DNA of 64,000 nucleotides from Yuukianura sp. NJ FZ-2021. Its lineage: Eukaryota. Positions 10,702 through 22,000 of the stretch are shown here, piece by piece. The position numbers and the translations under genes were made by a program. The notes beneath the pieces were generated by a model. That model made no database searches and was not told the DNA's origin. It saw only the letters and a program-made list of their open reading frames with translations. Numbering within the stretch: position 1 is the first letter of the stretch; each line of letters starts with the position of its first letter. Location: NCBI GenBank assembly GCA_046563655.1, contig CM102285.1, positions 9,982,001 to 10,046,000 of the forward strand, given 5' to 3'.

Positions 10702-12851
10702 ATGGAATTCGGCAGTTCTGTTTGCAGAAGTCTTGCACTCAAGGGGAATCAGTTATTCAAATTTGCTAACGCTACACAACCTTACTTTAATTACAGATCC
10801 TGGATTTTGATACCTTTGTCATCGTCATTCTATTCGTTTTCACGTAGATCATCTTCATTCCGGTACAACAAGCAGAAGTACCGGTACAACAAAACCGCCC
10901 AAGAAGAACAAGACGACAAAGAACCACAGCGTGTATGTAAATGTAATCGCTATTCCTTAGAGCATCATACGGTCTTGCACTTGAATTAATTGTCTATTTC
11001 ATTGTTTTTTTCCCAACAGCCGTCTCGGAAAGGTCGAAAATTTTTGGACACGTTGAGACTTCATGTGAAAGGAGGCACAGGAGGACAAGGTTAGTTTGTT
11101 GCAAGGCGCAGAGAAACGTAAAGTAACAAATGTGTTACGTTTCTCTGCGCCTTTGCACTGTCAATAACGTTAGGTTAGATTCGTTAGATGAATGTGCCGT
11201 AAGTTAGCAACTGGATGAGTTGGATTCAGCATCTCTTGAAATGAATCGGATTTTATTTCCTACAGGGATACCCTATCGTGGTGGATCAGGGGGAGCAGGA
11301 GGCGACGTTGTCGCAGTTGGTGTGAAAGGTATACAAATTAATGTCCTTGAAATCATAACGACGTTTGAAACCTTGTCTGGTGAATTCCAGATCTAACGTT
11401 GAAGGATCTTTCTGATAAACTTACTTCGCGAAAATTAGCTGGAGAAAAAGGAGGAGATTCCAGATTGTTTTGCTTAATCGGAGAACCGGCCCGGCCGACC
11501 GTAGTAAACGTTCCTCTCGGAGTAACAGTTCTGTCTGAAAATGGACATAAAATGGGTAAGAAAGAAAGAAGAAACTGGATGAGAATTGTATGGGTGAATC
11601 CAAAATCAGGAGGAACTGGGAAACGGTTTTAGTTCTACATAATTAAATTAAAGCTAAAATATATTTCATTTCTTGAACTAGGTGACATAAACGAAGAGGG
11701 TGAACGGGTCGTTCTAGCGCATGGGGGCGCTGGAGGATGTGAGCACAATGGATTCGCTTGTCAGAAGGGAGAAGCACAAAGCGTTACACTAGACTTAAAA
11801 TTAATTGCTGACGTTGGTTTCGTTGGATTCCCAGTAAGCTGATCACCCTTGCGATGTCTATTTGAATTTATGAAATCAGTCTGTTTTAATATTCTTGTGG
11901 GTATTAGAATGCTGGCAAAAGCTCACTTCTCCGAGGACTGTCCCGAGCCCGGCCGAAGGTCGCAGCTTATCCATGTAACTATCTTAGTAGAAACGTGTAC
12001 ATGCTGTTAAACCGAAGGAGAATTTTGTAGTACGTGCGCCTTGAGTATGATTCTTAAGTTTAAATTTCTTATAATTCTAGTCACCACGATTCAACCAAAT
12101 GTCGGCATAATGGAGTATCGCGATTTTAGACAAATATCGCTGGCTGACCTACCCGGGCTTATTGAAGGAGCTCACTCTAACAGCGGAATGGGACATAGGT
12201 AAGTCAAGGCATTAACTTCCTCGAACGACACTCTGTTACTTAATTAAAAATTTGCTAATGTATTTAGGTTCTTGAAACATGTGGAAAGAACGAAACTTTT
12301 ACTATTTGTTGTGGATCTGCATGGATTCAGATTAGGCCCCAATTATCCTTTACGATCTGCGCTAGAAACAATTCTACTGTTAAATCGCGAACTGGAACTG
12401 TATAGACCAGATCTTATAGAAAAGCCAGGTGACGACGCACATATTAGTTCAATTGTCTTTGCTGTAGTAATTGGTATGTAATTTTTACGTTCCAGCTCTT
12501 TTGGCATTGAACAAGACGGATCTTCCAGACTCCTTTCCGAAGTTAATGCAAATTCAAGACCTCTTCGCAAACGACGAGAGGTTACAAGAAGCCATATTAT
12601 CAATGCCACCAGAGTGTAGGCCAGAAGCTCTTGTCAAGTAAGAAAGCAGCGCGATAATCTAATCGTTTTAGTACAACTAACTTCCTTACTGTTGATTTGC
12701 TAGATTTGACAGAATCGTGGGCATCTCCGCCTTGCATGATAGAAATTCCGTAAATGTTCTGAAAGATATCATCCGAGACGTTCTAGATATAAACGATGAG
12801 CTGCAGTACGCAAAATACGCTGATGAAAAACTATTAGAGACTACCCTGTGA
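10702..12851 (+). CDS. GTPBP10: Obg-family mitochondrial GTPase GTPBP10, ~10 exons
   Basis: Motifs [54 protein letters not shown] (G1), [21 protein letters not shown] (G3), [16 protein letters not shown] and LALNKTD (G4). TGA at 12849-12851. Confidence 0.92.
11100..11157. repeat. Intronic inverted repeat / hairpin (19-bp perfect arms)
   Basis: AAGGCGCAGAGAAACGTAA (11103-11121) and TTACGTTTCTCTGCGCCTT (11135-11153) are exact reverse complements with a 13-nt loop, in GTPBP10 intron 2. Confidence 0.9.
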
Positions 12852-12991
12852 ACCTGTTTTAATAAATGTATTTAAATCAAATCTGTTTTTGTAGACATTG
12901 TGTTGAATTTTTTGTAATAAATCCTTATTATTCTGTATACAATTAAATTAGTAGATGAAACACTTTAACCTCCGAAGAATTTATACTTGTT

Positions 12992-14134
12992 TTAGATGAT
13001 TTGTTCCATTTCACGGGCATATTCAATAGCGTCCTTTGCTAGTTCGAGGGATGGAATTCTGTCGCTGTCCTTCTCACCGGAGTTAAATGTGTAATTTCCA
13101 TCTTTAGCGAGTTGCCAGCCGCGCTGTAAATCAAAGTAATGATAATTTAAACCTCCTATGACTGATACTTGCGTAGCAGAATTCGCTTACCTTTGAACTG
13201 AATGCTTCCAGCTGTTTAGGGGACAAGTTCAACGCCTTTGCAGCAGAGTCTACCCGCAGCGATGTGTAAGCCTTCTCCACACAAGTTGCCATTTCCTCCC
13301 GACTAGTGTCCAACAGCAAGTCAACGAAGAAGTTGTACGCTTCCGCTGGAACTGTCCGTTTAGCCATAAAGATCTTCAGAAAAAAAGAACGTTTAACTTT
13401 AGTTTTTGAAACAGGATGGGAAAGTTCGTATAAGAAGATAGTAGTGCACTAAAATAAGGTTGAAAGTTTAAGAGCATGCGCACCTTGTTGTACCGTCCTT
13501 CCATCAGATACTGTTCCAGTGAAACGGCATGCTTGATATAAACATTCTCCAGAATATGGACGTCAGGGTGAGCAAAAAGTTCCAACTCTGTATGAAAATC
13601 CGCAACCCGATTTTGGCTCAACAGACAAAGCAGATTCAGTCCAAGGAGTTCACACTTGTAGGCAGATTCGGGGAGATCATTCCTGCAGTAAAAAGCAAGA
13701 GTCAATAATGCGCACTGATTGATCAATGGTGGTTTGAACGGAAGTTTCGAAAGTTGTAAAGGTTTTACTTGTAATCCAAGTAATAGCTCTTGAGTTGGGC
13801 CATGTATCGTTCAAAAGACGGTATATCTTTCTTCGCAATCGACCAAAAGGCTCCAATTTCCAGAACGTCTCGAGCGATAATTAGCTCTTCCTTGGATGAG
13901 TCGCTGCTTGATCCGGGTAAAAATCTCAAATTCGTAAGAACAACCTGGTAGTATTGAAGAAGAATAATAAAATTCTCATGCCCTGAAGAGATTCTGGTAA
14001 ATATTCTGAATTACCTTAAATCTGTTCAACAGTTCACCACATTTGTCGAGATTTTGACATCTTCCAGAATTCCACAAAGTGGCCAAATGTTGCTTTAGGC
14101 CTTGAGCTTCTTGAAGCGTTGCGGGTGCCGTCAT
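12992..14134 (-). CDS. Rpn12: 26S proteasome regulatory subunit Rpn12 (PSMD8)
   Basis: Motifs [68 protein letters not shown] and [14 protein letters not shown] at 14134. A likely 5' UTR intron spans ~14275-14407. Confidence 0.95.
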
Positions 14135-15143
14135 CCTTTGATCGGTTTCAATTATTTTTAACAACCGATCTGATTCAGAATCTTTTGTGTAATTTTGATC
14201 TTGTATCTTTCGGTAGTGTCCTCTTGAACGTCAAAACTTGACTGGAATTCCTGGTGTCGGATTTTAGTCAGGTGCTGAAATCAAAACAACACAAAATCAG
14301 AAAATCGGTTCACAGAATTTACAAAAAGCACATCATTATCATTACTAAAATCCAAAATCCGGTTACTTCGTTTAACGCAGTTCAATCGAATGCGTAACAC
14401 AACTTACCAAAACGTTTAAACTCAGCCGAGCAGATATCACTACTGAACAAGACGACAAGAATAGCTGAGCTGCTGAGCTGAGCCGAAATAATCGAAGCAG
14501 CCGAAAATCGGTCGGATCGGAAGAAGGAAATTAAATTAAATAAGAAAATGAGAAATGACTTAACAAATTTTGAATTTCCCGGGTATTTCTGTATTTACTG
14601 CAATACAAAAAGACAGCGTTGAGCTATTGAGCGAGCATCTGGAAAAAATTTAGTGCACAGCAGCAACACATTTTACTTTAGCTGATTTCGAAATTGTCAC
14701 CAACTACATCATCTTTGACCACCAAAATCGTCACCTTTGACACGAAGAGTCAAATCTCAACACGTACATATTCATTATTGTGGTCCAATAGAATTTCCAA
14801 TTTTATGTTTACGTAAAAATCATGTTTGTGTCGCGTCGTCGTCTTATATTAAAATTACACTGGAGCCCAACCTACTAAAATTCTAGAGAATTCTAAGGAC
14901 TTTACGTAACGCACAGCGCATACGACCTTAAGCAAACAAATCAACGTTTCCATTTATTACTGTTTTATAATCATTTTTTTTCAGTATTACAAATGAAGCC
15001 GAGGTGGTGTTTCGCAGTGAGGTTTTCGCACACATCACGCACGCGCATCCCATCAAGAGTATTCGGCAGACGATAAAAGAGGAGCAACTAAAAATATCTG
15101 GCTAAATATAGGCTATGATTGTCTCTGTTATGATTGATTATTG

Positions 15144-16731
15144 TCATGTTGAAGTCGTGGGTGAGGAATCTCTGAGTAGTTGACGCAGACCGGACTGCGT
15201 TACATCGAATAAGGTGAAGGAAATTCCCACAGCTAAAACATTAGAAAACATCGAATTAAAGTTTCATTGTTGTCTGAACGTATTGTTATAATGCATTTGT
15301 AATTGTTGTAACGCGACACTTACCGATTGGTCCCTTCACCCAATTCATGGACAGGCCTTTGAACACACCGTGAATTAGTCCTTCTTCCCTGAGAACAGAA
15401 TCAAACGCATTTTTGTTACAGTATCCAGTAGATTAATCGATTAATGTCGTCAAATGGGGTTAGAATCTCGTTTACTGTAGGAATTACCGATAGACTTTGA
15501 CCAGAATCCTGAGAATTCCACCACTATAAACTTCTCCTTGGATTCCACCGACTTGCAGACGCCTTCTTACAATGTCGAAGGGATAGGAACTTGTCTGCCC
15601 AATGGCACCCGCTATAGCACCGAAAATCATTCTTTCCCAAGCGAAAGGACTTCTTCCACCAAACCTCTCAGCGTGCAGCTTCTTACATGTCTAAAACATT
15701 ATCATTAATCATTTCGTTGTTTGGATCACAAAATTCAAATTTTTAAAGAGACGGTAGTTTGTATTGTACATGAATTCTGACCTCGTAAGTGAAGAATGAG
15801 AAGCCTGCGTATGGAATTACCCCAACCATTGTTGCGAAATACCTAAAATTGGATGAAAATGTAAGTTTTTATGGAGTTGCTTTCAGTTGACTGTCCTTTT
15901 ACGCTGTACTCACCCCCTGTACAGGGTGTGGAAACCCTCCTGCTGCACAATCTTCGAAAATGTATCTCGAAGATTTTTGTATTGTGACCTAGTAGCAACA
16001 GCCAGACGAGCACGAGCCGTATCAAGCGGATAAGTAAGGGATTGCGCCGTGATTCCAGCAAGGCTCCCTGCGACGAAATGTAAAACATGAGCTGGGTGTC
16101 CCGTTCTAAAACAAAAAGCGTAAAAATGAATCTCAAATCAAAGCGGTCAAAAAATATGAAAAAGTTTACTTACGCCGTCTTATGTGTACTGTCTTCATCG
16201 AGACCAAGGACGGATTTCCACTGTTCATGCGACGAAAACTGTATGGCGGCATAAGGGACAATCCTTGTAAGAGTTGCGCTGTTCCCCCTCCACAAGGAGA
16301 TGAAACCCTCATTCTTATAGGTGTCTTTGAGAAATTTTAAGGCAGCGGCTGGAGAGAATCGGCTTTGCGATGTTTGAAAGTTTATTTTTGTTCGATCGAG
16401 CGGTGCAATCTAAAACAAATGTCAAAAATTCTTTTATTTTCAAGTTCCCCAGGTTTACGATATACAAACAGTTGACTGACATGCAAAACCTGAGTAAGTC
16501 TGCTTTATAAATACCATTGTCAATGAACTTACGACTGTCTTAGCCACTCCTCCAGCAATAGCACCTGCTGCAAGACTAGTGAGTACTTTGTCCTGGTTGG
16601 ATATTCGCTTCTTCGTAGCAACAGTGGGACGACTGTTGTCGTCCTCAACAAGCCCCCTAAGAGCGCAAATATTCTGTCGAAATCCAATCCAACAACATGG
16701 TTTCATTGGTTCTAGAATAGGCTACTTACAT
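15144..16731 (-). CDS. SLC25A42: Mitochondrial coenzyme A transporter SLC25A42-like
   Basis: Three carrier repeats with Px[DE]xx[KR] motifs ([35 protein letters not shown]), plus [15 protein letters not shown] and [19 protein letters not shown]. The start is inferred as AT|G split by intron 16657-16729. TGA at 15144-15146. Confidence 0.9.
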
Positions 16732-19055
16732 TTCAGATAATGCGTGTTGTAGAGAGACGATCCCTGAATAACCGCTGTGTTTGCAAGTATCGTTTTATAT
16801 CATTCGCGTGTAGAAGCTCTAGAATTTTCGAGTCTTTGATTTTGGCAGCCTGAAATAATAAATGGAATAAAAGAAGTTAAAGAACCAACACCAACACCTT
16901 GTGATATCGTTGAAGACATTAAACTCAAATTAAATCCAAACTAACCTGGAACTGTAGCATTTCAATTCATTCGCTCTACAAGTGTCAGCTTACATTCAAA
17001 GTTTCGGAACTACTAGACATTCTGGGTTCAACAATCTTCTTCTGTGATCACTGTTATATGGAAAACATGAAGAATTCACAGTAACAAAAGAAAAAAACAG
17101 TGAATGATGAACATTAGTAATATACTTGTTTACCAACTCAATCGCCAATTCTGAAGCTTTAATCACGTGAGGTGAGCAGATGAGATAAGACGAAATGGAC
17201 GCAAAAAGACTAGCGAAAGGCAATCACAGGACCGCTCGCAAAAGGTTAAAGCACCAGCACGCGCTACAAAAACACAAAAACTTGTTAGTAGTCCGTTTAC
17301 TACCTATAATCATATTCCAAATCCCAATCCTATTCCTTACTACTTAGCGAATTTGACTTCCTGTCCTGCCACATTTATACGTGTACTATGAAATATGACT
17401 GATTGACGCACGTACCTAAAAATAAATGATGTTTGTTTCTTTCTGTTGATGAGCCCAAACCGACTATGAAAATTGCCTCATAAATATGACCTTTGACCTT
17501 CAGCCACCCAATTCGTCCTTGCTTCCCCGTGCCGTGTTCGGCCTTCGTGCGTGTTTCTTCTTGTTCTTGATTTTTCAAATTGAAATTTATAAACATTGTT
17601 TTTATTTTTGAAATGTTTAGTTCTGCCGCCGCACGGATCAGCTGTTTTGTATTTGAGTGTTGCTGAAAGGGTTTCTACCAGCACTCCCTTTCACCTTCTA
17701 AACAGACATGGGCATAGCAGATAAGTTTTTTTTTGTTTAAAACTAAAATTCAGCTAAAAATTTTGATTTAAGGTAGCGTTAATAAGTTTACAATAGCGTT
17801 TACAGTTTTCTATTAGTTTTTTTAATAATAAATAATTAACCTGAGTTATTAAATATTTATTTAGTTTTTGACAACTTCATGTCAATATGGAATGTATTCG
17901 TAGCTGCACGCGGGAACAAGAATTCGAATAATCTGACCTGAATTTGGAATTAAAAAAAACAATAAAATAAAAATAACAATAAAAATAAAAAGTTCGCAAA
18001 CAATTTTCTGCTCATAATCAAAATTAACACCCCTGCTTTAAAGTTTCATCACAAAGTGTTTTACTGTTTGTTTTAGTGCATTTTCCGGGTGGTTGTATTG
18101 TTCTTTTGTTTCGAAGCTTGGTCGGCAGTGAACACCAATCAAACCAAACGGTTACCGTTATGTTCAGTTAGTTCAACATTGGTTAGCTGCTCCAGCTCCA
18201 ATCATCTGTTTATCTGTCAATTTGAAAGGTTAGGGCAAGCATGTGTCTTTGTCTTTGTTTTTGTCAAACCATAATCAGTTTTACACATATTTGTATTTCA
18301 GTTCTTCAGTTCAAGTTCACTACTTCACTTCAATTGCATTACGTAGCCCGAGCAGTAGTGAGATCGAGTCAAGGCCGAAGGAGTTGACGAGATTGTGTTA
18401 GGGGATGGAGAAAGTTGAACTCAACATTACTGTCATTTAAATTCTTCAAGGAGCATCGATTGAGGATCGAAGATCTCGTCATCAATTAGGTGAGTTTAAC
18501 TTCATTAACTTCATATTATCATCTAATGTTCTTCGTTAGAGAGACACGGGTAAAGAACCGAGTCCTAGTTTCTGTCTGTGAAACTACATTTGTCCTCGTC
18601 GGGTGCTGTTAATGGTTAACACGTTTTGCTCTACTATGTCGGTCAGATATCATGGCGATTGACGCATGACGCAGAGATGAGAAGGAATGTACGGAGATTT
18701 CATTATTTCCATTTAACAAATATCGGTAACTGCATAAAAGCTTCTAATTGTGAGAGTTAAGGACAGGGTTAACACCTTAGCTAGCCGACGCTCCATCCAG
18801 ACGTATATTCATTACTGTAACCTTTAATTGTGGGAAGTCGAAGTAGAGAAGAATGATGTCGCTGTCGCTTCATTCCTGACACGAAACACGATTACATTTT
18901 ATATAGGATTTATTGATTTTTTAAAATAATAGTGAGTTAGAAAGTTGTTAGACAAGTTTTGAAATTGATGCATCATGCATCTGCTTCTGCTTAGTAAGTT
19001 AGAAGTTAAAAATCTAATTTAAAATTGTAAAATATGAAAAATGGGACTGTATTGG

Positions 19056-22000
19056 TTAGGATTGTTTGTTGCTATCTTGAACGATTTTAGGAGTTGGTGT
19101 TAAATCGTCCAGAAGATGTATTTCTTCTCCTCTAGTCGAAGATGAAGCAGGTCCCATCTCCTCGTCAAATATAAACATTGTTGGTGGTGAACTACCAGCC
19201 GTGTCTTGTCTTCCAAAAATTTCTTGAACTGTAGGCTTCTTTACTTGATCGTCTGGTTTCGTAGACACTACAGTAACCAAGTTCTCGTCTAGTTCTGGAA
19301 TCGTGTCGCTCGCGTTCAAATTACTTCCGAAAACGTCTCCACTTCCTCCTTGATCCGGTAAGGACAAGTTGTTTGAACTCTTTTCTCTAGAAATCAGCCT
19401 TTTGAACAGACTGAATTTACTGCCTCCAATACTTCCTTTCCTGGACATGGAATTAATGCTTGCATTTGACCTCACACTGGGATACCTCTGCCTGCGAACA
19501 CTACGCATTGAACTTCCCTTCGCCAGTGCTCCGGGTGTACCCGCGGCTTCATTTGGATTCAATCCGAATCCATCAATTGATCTCAAGGATGGCATGGCAA
19601 TGATTTCTCCGTCTGCCTTTGAGACATGGACACTTGCTGTTGACGGTACTGGTGGACCGTCTTTAATTTGTTCTGACGCTATAGTATGCGGAAGGCTTTC
19701 GGGTATGACCTCTTCCCAGTATTGGTCACGAAGTAGTTGAGGATGTAAGCCTGAATGCATTTCGTCCACAATGAGATAGGCAACCTATGAGTATTTTCAA
19801 ACAATAAACCGGTTGTAAACCGCACATAAAAAAGTAGCTTTAGCGTTTAGGTGTTTTTTTAAACAAACAGGACTAATCAGCCCCCAGGGGGAGTGGGGGC
19901 CGGTTCCCCCCACTTCCCCCCCGGGAGAGTGAGGGTTTTCCCCCCACTTTCCCGCCCTCCTCCGGGGAGTGCGGCGGTGTTTCCCCATTTTCTCACCCCC
20001 AGTGGAAATGGGGGTGAGGTCAAGCAAAGATGTGAAGAGGTAATATCCGGATGAAGCATGAACAGAAGGAATGGACAGGACACTGGACAGTGCATGAGTG
20101 TGCTGGTCAACTGCTGCGTAGTTGATTTTTTGCTAAGCAGAAAACCAGCTCCCATGCCATTTACCTTTCCAGTCCCATAAGCAGAGTTTTTTATACCCAC
20201 AATTCCTCCATCTAACAATTCACGTGAACTTTGAGATCGGTTTTGACCCGGAAGGAGGTCACTAACCGGAATGATTTTGCAAACTTGATCTCACCCGGGT
20301 CATTAGCTGTTAAATGATGAAAACCGGAACGAAATCGATCCAGTAGTTTCCGAGATAATTGTGCGGATATTTTCACCGTTTTACAATGGTGTTCCCTATG
20401 CCATGACGGAAAACGCGATGACGGACAGGCCTTTCTTATGGACATGACAGAGAACGTGATGACGGACATGCCTATCTTATGGACATGACAGAGAACGTGA
20501 TGACGGACCGGCCTATCTTATGGACATGACAGAGAACGCGATGACCAATGGAATTCCCTATGCCATGACGGAGAACGCGATGACGGACCGGCTTTCCTTA
20601 TGGGGAAATGACGGATCACGCGATGACGGACAAAAACACTTTTATAAAGTAGCTAAAGCTACTTAATAATGGATTTGCACAGCCATAGCCATTTACGGAT
20701 TACGGAAGCGTGAAAGGGACATTGCTGTACCCAGTTTTAAAAGTGGTTACTCTTTTCAAAAATTGGATTTCTCACTTCTTAAACAACTTTCTCTTCTCAG
20801 TTCTCAAAACTACGCCATTCACTTTTTACGCAACTTTCTCACTTTTCAAACCTGGCTTTCTTACAGGGTTGCTGATTTTTTTGATTTTTTTCAAAAAAAT
20901 CAAAAATCATGATTTTTTGATTTAATCAAGATTTTTTTGATTTAAATCAAGCACATGTCTTAGTCCTAGAAAAAGGCAAATTAAGTTCAAATTTGAATGC
21001 AAAAAATTCCTAAACGACACTGCAGCACCTCGCACTTGGAGTTATTCTGATAACAATGTAAAAAATCACAGTTTTGAGCAAATTCTTTACGTGAAATTTA
21101 CGATTAAAGTGCTGAGGTTCTTACGAAAAATTGCACCATGAAATTGGGCGAAGATTTGCTCAAAACAGGCAGATTTTGCAACATTTTGTGTACTTGATTT
21201 AATCAATGATTTTTTTCAAAAAAATCAATTGATTTAATCATTGATTAAATCAATGATTTAATCAACTTGATTTAAATCAAAGCCACCCTGCTTTCTTACT
21301 TCTCAAAACTGGGTTCCCGGTTGTGAAAGTGCGATTATTTATTTTTACAACTTCACTAATTAAGTATTGTTTGGAATTAAGTGTGAATGCACCACCGAAT
21401 TAATTATGATGCGCTGGTAGCATATCTGATTCCTTGGACTGAGGTGTACATATTCACTAAACCTATCCTAATCTATTTATTCTAAAATTTACTTTGAGGT
21501 TTCAGACTGCTGGTGAAATGGCCAGCATATCAAACTGCATAAAAATGACCAAAAAAAAAAACGCAGCCAGTTGGCAGTTGCTTGGTTTAAAAAATTTCTT
21601 CATGTTTAAAAAGTGTTGTTTTTCTTTAAGAAATGTCGAAGATTTCAGGTGTAGCCGTATATGTCACTTGTAGAGAGAAGCCTGGCAAGTATAACTACAG
21701 TGCGAAATTATTTCAGCGGCTAACACAATTTGAAAGCTAAACCCAGTTGCAAGAAATGAGAAACCCAGTTTTGAGAAGGGAGGACATTGATTTGAAAACC
21801 GGGAACCCAATTTTAAGAAGTGATTAACCCAGTTTTGAGAAGTGAGGAGAAAGTTGTGCAAGAAGTGAGAAACCCAGGTTTGAGAGGTGAAAACCCCAAT
21901 GTCCCTTTTGCGCTTCCGTACTTATACGCTTCGTAGTGCAAACTAAAAGATGAAAGCTAGAAAATCCTAACTTTGTAAATCATTTACAAAGTTAGGACAT

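Noticed and set aside
20395..20630. Regularly spaced repeats as a possible CRISPR array
   Set aside because: The units are tandem with no unique spacers, lie in a eukaryotic intron and have no cas genes.
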